Of a DNA stretch of 64,000 bases, positions 58,685 through 64,000 are shown piece by piece. Position numbers and translations under genes: made by a program. Numbering within the stretch: the stretch's first letter is position 1; every line of letters begins with the position of its first letter. The notes beneath the pieces are model-generated. The model was given only the letters and a program-made list of their open reading frames with translations. It made no database searches and was not told the DNA's origin. The stretch is from Amoebophrya sp. A120 (taxonomy: Eukaryota > Protista > Dinoflagellata): NCBI GenBank assembly GCA_905178155.1, contig CAJINV010000016.1:372001-436000 (forward strand). Reading direction: 5' to 3'.

Positions 58685-60774
58685 TTACACACCAAACACA
58701 ATCTCCTTTCCCTTCAGCAGGAAGTTCTGCGCTAGTGCGATCAAACCTAAAATGCAGCCTTTATGAATTGCAAAGATGTCTGGGTCTGGAAAAATGCAAC
58801 TTGTGATGCTATTTTTGGAATCTACAAAAATCTGTATTGCATGAGCAGCAAGAGGCGTCCAGTTTTTGCCCCGCGTTGGAGAGGGCATTTGTCATGCGGG
58901 ATAGGCATCAAGATACCCGCAAAAAAATTGTGATGCTGGGGCATACATCGCAGACATCACAGGCCATGCAAAATGTCCATGACAAGTCTTGCAATCTTCC
59001 AGACCCAGACACTTTTACAATCCATAGCCTTTCACAAACGACAAAACGCAGATGAAGGTGATGGAAATGGGTAGGACCAGGTAAAAGAAGGAAAAGAAGA
59101 AGGGCCAGAGCGGGCCAGCGGTTGTACTTGGTGGTGGCGACGATGTTGCACAAGATGACGCAGTGGGCATCTTTGTAAACAAAGGCAATGAGAAGCTGCT
59201 CGTCCTGCCTCGATCCCCACGATTATTCTCGAGCTCGTCTAGCTCGTCACACGGAGTTTGGTTCCCAGACCCAGCTTCTTCGATCGATTGCGCATTTTTC
59301 GCTATCGCTGCTTTCTTTTCCAGCACTTTCTCCACCGCCTGGCGAAATTCCCGGGTAGCGCAGACGACGACGAGATTGCGTTTCTCGTCCGCTTGCTTCT
59401 CCTCCGCCACTCGCTCTATCTGTTTCGCAAAATGTTCCGCCCGTTTTTCGATCAAGGTCGGCACCATGGCGAGGGGAAGAGGGAGTTTCGTGTCGGCACC
59501 GGCAGTTGTACTAGTTGTAGCATCTTTATTCACAGAGGCAGCTGCCGCGGTATTTACTTCGCCTAGTACCCCTACATCACCACTATTTGCACCTCCAGTA
59601 GCCATGCCACCAGAACCATCTCCAGCATCCGCATGTCGTGTGCAGCTCCTTTGCTCCTCCAGCAATCTCGTTCGCCGACTCACATCCGCCAGCCGCTGTT
59701 TTGCGTATTTCGCGTACTGAAAAAGCAACCAGGGCTTTAGGAACAGCAGTTTCGCCACGTCGTTCTGCGTTTGCCGGTACAGCTGGTCGCAGGGATGGAA
59801 GGTGGTCGTGGTGCTACTCGTAGTGGAAGTAGCACCAGAGTTCATCGTGTCCTCGCCCTTAGTATCGTTTGTAATATTTTTTGTCATGCTATTCTTCAAT
59901 TCCAGCATATGCTCTGCAAAAGTATCGTACTCGTACTAATTGCAATCATGCATGACAAATCTTGTTTTTTTAGCGAAATCAGCATTACAAATTTCATTTC
60001 TCCTTCTGGAAAAATCTGTAATGCTATTTCTACTAGTACGATACTTTTGCAATGCATACAGCAGATCTCGAGACAGAAGCCCGCCGTGCAGCGTGTTTAT
60101 CGCGTCCAACTGAGCTTGGTATTTTTCGCTGTTATGGACTGTAAAAATGTCTGGGTCTGGAAACTTGTGATGCTGGGTGGCGTATCATGAAGGGGCCACA
60201 AGTACTGGCTCAGCATGGCAAGCTTTTGAGCTTCTAGGTGTTGCCTCTTCTGCATGACAAGCTGCGTTTCTGCATGACAGCAAAATGGGGCTCTTGGGTA
60301 ACGTGCATGACAGATTTAAGAGTCATGCCAGACACGCACGACAAACATGTACTCTTCCAGACCCAGACATATTTGCAATGCATAGCTGTTCGCGTTCTGC
60401 AAATTCTTCCACCGGACCGGGCAAGTTTCGAGCAGGATGTGTGCTGGGTTGAGCGCAAGCACAGTCGTGGAAAGCCGCTGGGTACTAGTCTCTGAAGATG
60501 TTGTCCATCTTGATGTGGTGCTCCTCGTCAGAGAAAATGCTTCTGCGTCAAGAAACGTGATCCGATTGCCGCCGCTTCGTAATGTGCTGGTGCTTGTTGT
60601 CCCGAAAGTACGAGTTCTTCTTGTACTAGAGGGTGAACGTGAAGTAAAAGTCTCACGCCCTAATAAGTAGACACTCGAGCCGCATGTTCTGGAGCACAGT
60701 GCTGGTGATCTGCTTGAAGTGGAAAATGCATGCTGTGCTGATGCGGAGGAGGAGGTGCTCAAGAAGATCTTCAT
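58685..60774 (-). CDS. divergent TraB/TRABD-like membrane protein, ~468 aa, possibly mitochondrial
   Basis: Ser/Arg-rich, acid-poor N-terminus; NPAHILLETCPVR resembles TraB PDxVxVELCxxR; LIEKRAEHFAKQI and NLVVVC resemble TraB C-terminal motifs; C-terminal TM; three introners removed give 1407 nt. Confidence 0.55.
58762..59026. mobile_element. introner family A
   Basis: Family A TIRs; direct repeat gcctt/gcctt. Confidence 0.9.
59908..60058. mobile_element. introner family B
   Basis: Family B TIRs; direct repeat cagca/cagca. Confidence 0.9.
60133..60384. mobile_element. introner family A
   Basis: Family A TIRs; direct repeat gctgt/gctgt. Confidence 0.9.
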
Positions 60775-62596
60775 TCTCCCAGTTCTTGTGGATAAATATC
60801 TTCTACTTCATCCGTGGCAGGATGAACAACAACAAACTAGCATACTTAAGAGTTCCTGCAACCGCTAGCGCTGACTCACCGCGTTTCGCAAGTGCGCGCG
60901 ATGGCCAAAATATTTATTTCCACCGATTTCACCACGAAATCTACGATCTCGAAGAGGGTGCTGTTGATCTGGGAACAAATCAAATAAAACAGCTGATGAA
61001 AGCCGCTGCGGCCACATACGCAAGCACTAACAAACGCACTCACGCAGCAACAAAGCCTTGGGACCACTACATGCGTCAAGAAGTGCGTCGCCGTTTCCTT
61101 CTTTCCGTTGAAAAAAGGAGGATCTATTCATATCTGGCGATCAACGCAGGACGTGGAGCGCTTGTGGCTATCTGGTACTAGGTTGAACCGTCGCACCATC
61201 GGTGATCAGTCTTTCGTGTCAGGGAAAAATTTTCCGAACAGAACAAAAGGATAGAGGTGGACCCTGATCCGATTGTAATAGTGTTCCGCGGGAGACCAAC
61301 CGTTGCTATCCCTCCGGTACGCCTTTTTTTCAACATTTAGTCCCGGTACGCCTTTTTTTCAACATTTTAATCCCAACCGTTGCTGGAATGCAGACAAAAT
61401 TGTTTCGGAAACGGAAACATCGGTTGAAGTAAAGTTCTCCATTCTTGTGCTAGAGTGTAAAAGTCCGAAAGGCAAACAACGTAGTAGAGATCGAGCCTCA
61501 TTATTGAAGCTGATGTGATGAACAAAATCAGAATCGGAATAACCCTAAGCAGCCCTACAGTCTATAAAACCGTGAGAGACCCGGCCGCGACGGGCGCCCA
61601 TCTTGTCTGTTGCGATCCCTACATGCATACGTGTGATGATGAAATGTGACGAATAAAAAGAGTAGATCGTAGTAGCCAACTACCTACTGATGAACAAATA
61701 TGTCGTGTGGGCGGCAGTAAAAAGGAAAGTGTGTCGTTTTTGTTTGGCCGCAAACAAGTACGTGGATAAGAGGAAACTACTTTTTCGAAGATCCAATTGC
61801 TTCAACTTGTCACTGGAAATTCGTGTTACCCCGAGGCTCTCTATGCAAAGAGAGCCGCGAATTTTGATGTTAGTATAGTAAGTTCACCTTCATACATAAT
61901 CATAACTACATGCGTTCTCAAAAAAACGTACGAGTGAGAACTCAGACGCGTCCCGCCCCCGGCTCCTGGGTCCTCCGACGGTCTTTGCTTCCTTTGCCTT
62001 TCCGCCGATGACGACGACGGCGCTCATTTGGGGAAGGAGCCACTCCTCGTCCTTCAGATGAACTCGCAGCTCCTGCTGCACCGTAACGTTCCGCGACGTC
62101 GGACGCGGCGCCGGTATGGTCGCTCTCATATCCACCCATGTCCGCCACACCCGCGGCTCCTGGCGCGGGTTGAAGCAGTGGTGAAATAGCGCTTGCTGAA
62201 GCTCCGGACGATGACACAGGACCGCGGCCAGATCGACGATTCATCCTGCTCGCGCGGCGGTTATCCAACACCTGAGGAATCGAAGAAAAGAGAACGTGCG
62301 AAGGGACACGTACCGAATTATCAGACTGATGTCTGATACGTACTTGCAACACATGCGTTTTTTTTTTCGATAATATGGACGGAATAGTGTAGTACTTCTG
62401 GTGTCGCGTCCGAGGGTTTTCATCTTTCTGAGGATGCACAGGTTTCTTGTTTTCCATCCACAACAAAAAGCCTTTCGTACAGAAAAACAGGCATGGCCTG
62501 GATCCGCTACCGGTAATATCGCTCGCAGCCTAATGCTGATGCTCAGAGAAGAAAAACGCGCATCGAAATCTACCTCGCATGCGAGATTATAGATGG

Positions 62597-63463
62597 TCAT
62601 GGACGAGACCCATCCTCTACAACAATTCTATGAATATTTTCGTTTCTTGGTAGTGGTGCATTTGGGCAGTAAGAGCAATCATCTATATGTATCAGGCATA
62701 CTATGTCCTCCACCGTCTGCCTTTGCTCCCTCCCCGTGCGCAGCTGGTATTCTTGGGATCCGTCCCAACCCTCGACGGCCTCAAGTCCCATCGTAAAGAG
62801 CAACCGCGGCAGCCCGTCATCGCTGTAGGCGCGTTGTGTAGGCGAGTAGGGTCCCCGATGCAGCACGCCCCAGGGGCCTCCGTCGAAAAGCAGCTCTTCT
62901 TCTGCACTTTCCGCGTTGATCGCGGTCTCTTCGAGAGCAGCAATCTCCTCTTCAGAGAGAGGAACTTGCGCCTTCTGACCGGGACCTGGGGCGTAGAACC
63001 TACGCGGAAGGTTGAGGCTGGACGACAGGTTGTCGAACTGCCTTTGATCTTTCGTTCCGGTGGTGCTCAGACCAAAAAGCGCTACGGAGGCTCGCGTGCC
63101 GGCGTGTAAGACGTCTGTGTCACGATGCCACTCCGCCTTCTGCCAAAATCGCGCTTCGCCGGCCTGTAGGCCCAGAAAAATTTTGTACGCCAGCCTGTAT
63201 GGTGGAGTCCAAACGTACTGTGCCAAGTGGTTGTCTTCAAACAAAATCTGTCTCGCTGCATCAGGGAGTTGCAGTTGATCAATCACGCTGAAGCGGTCCC
63301 CGCTCCCTTCCTTGCTTTCCAGAAAGTTATCCGAGGGAAAAAAATGGCGTGCTGCAGCGCAGCCAAAATTGAGAAGACCGAAGTCACTTATGATGATCAT
63401 CAGCATGGTTGTTCCTAATGGTGTTGATGCATTCCAACTCGCAGTAGGTTTTTTTTTGAACAT
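62597..63463 (-). CDS. 2OG-Fe(II) dioxygenase, PhyH-like (probably one exon of a larger gene)
   Basis: Q..EWHRD (HxD), GEEELLFDG-like segment, LHRG (distal His) and downstream PRLLF Arg; true exon ends uncertain, further exon possible at 61942-62272. Confidence 0.6.
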   Translation of the reverse strand: MFKKKPTASWNASTPLGTTMLMIIISDFGLLNFGCAAARHFFPSDNFLESKEGSGDRFSVIDQLQLPDAARQILFEDNHLAQYVWTPPYRLAYKIFLGLQAGEARFWQKAEWHRDTDVLHAGTRASVALFGLSTTGTKDQRQFDNLSSSLNLPRRFYAPGPGQKAQVPLSEEEIAALEETAINAESAEEELLFDGGPWGVLHRGPYSPTQRAYSDDGLPRLLFTMGLEAVEGWDGSQEYQLRTGREQRQTVEDIVCLIHIDDCSYCPNAPLPRNENIHRIVVEDGSRP

Positions 63464-63640
63464 GTGAGCAAATGCAAAAGCAATTCGTCACATGACAATA
63501 TGCAATTTACATAGAACACAACTATATAGCACAGAGCTATGAACCAAAATTGATGCAGCCTACCAATGCACCCTAAACGAAAAGGAGCTCCTTCGCCTAT
63601 CGTGAAGAAAACTTACGATCAGGACAATGCCATGCTAGAC

Positions 63641-64000
63641 TCAATGCTCTCTTGACAAAGACTGCGCTGCGCCGACTACAATCATATGACAGTGCGTCTG
63701 ATAACTTCTCACAGCGTCATAATATGCCAGCACGTTCGCGTGCGCACCCCCACTGCGCCGCATTGCCTTTTCGTGTTCATCAATGTTTTTGACGCTCTGT
63801 TGAATGACTTTCCACAGCTTGGGCCACAGAGTGTCTTTTACCAATGCGCGCATGCGCATTGTGTCGCCCCGCTCCTGATCTAGCATCCGGCGCACGGACA
63901 GCTCAAGTCGCTGCAGGTTTTGCTCCTGCTCGTACTGCTCCAGCCGCTCCTGCCGCCGCCGCCGACCGGCACTAGCACTGTCGCAAACGTTCCGGGCCAA
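63641..64000 (-). CDS. partial exon, hypothetical (may belong to the dioxygenase gene)
   Basis: Open frame of 119 codons from the window edge with helical, protein-like composition. Confidence 0.4.
   Translation of the reverse strand: MARNVCDSASAGRRRRQERLEQYEQEQNLQRLELSVRRMLDQERGDTMRMRALVKDTLWPKLWKVIQQSVKNIDEHEKAMRRSGGAHANVLAYYDAVRSYQTHCHMIVVGAAQSLSREH

Noticed and set aside
1430-60350. TGCATG in the internal motif as an RBFOX splicing enhancer
   Set aside because: RBFOX is characterised in animals, and many motif variants (gcatcaca, gcattaca) lack TGCATG
1393-60384. Tc1/mariner or ciliate IES interpretation with TA target duplication
   Set aside because: TA belongs to the TIR; an independent variable 5-bp duplication lies outside it and frame restoration needs element+5 nt
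1604-60495. Many short ORFs with recurring peptides such as QTQTFLH, PDPDIF, KYVWVWK, QKYRTRI, WGGGIF
   Set aside because: They are translations of introner TIRs, not a protein family
1385-60774. Genes as pseudogenes disrupted by MITE insertions
   Set aside because: Exons have no stops or frameshifts once elements are removed with a uniform rule, and conserved motifs are intact across junctions
61314-61367. Two tandem copies of ccggtacgcctttttttcaacattt
   Set aside because: Simple local duplication in intergenic DNA with no termini or other copies seen

Overview
Eukaryotic, gene-dense DNA with all recognisable genes on the minus strand: an HSPA14/Ssz1-like Hsp70, two single-pass membrane proteins (one His/Tyr/Asp-rich), a ~2950-aa protein with a degenerate 5'-nucleotidase-like domain, ATG2, an LRR protein, a TraB-like protein and a PhyH-like 2OG-Fe(II) dioxygenase. 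The dominant feature is 65 short (85-426 bp) non-coding elements, counted by hand, in about 12 sequence families. Each has terminal inverted repeats (TAT...ATA), a 5-bp direct repeat and many copies of a shared internal motif TTTGT[CGA]ATGC. All lie inside coding sequence. Removing element plus one 5-bp copy restores the frame at the junctions I translated and gives CDS lengths divisible by 3 in six genes, yet no element offers GT-AG ends. These are transposon-derived non-canonical introns (introners), a picture that matches the parasitic dinoflagellate Amoebophrya (inference). Also present: canonical GT-AG introns that look like decayed introners, 132-bp and 311-bp satellites in ATG2 introns, a 2.4-kb TIR element with 8-bp TSD nested in the 311-bp satellite, and a retroposon-like insert nested in one introner. 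No transposase, rRNA, tRNA or CRISPR array was recognised. Family letters A-L are my own labels; coordinates were read manually.
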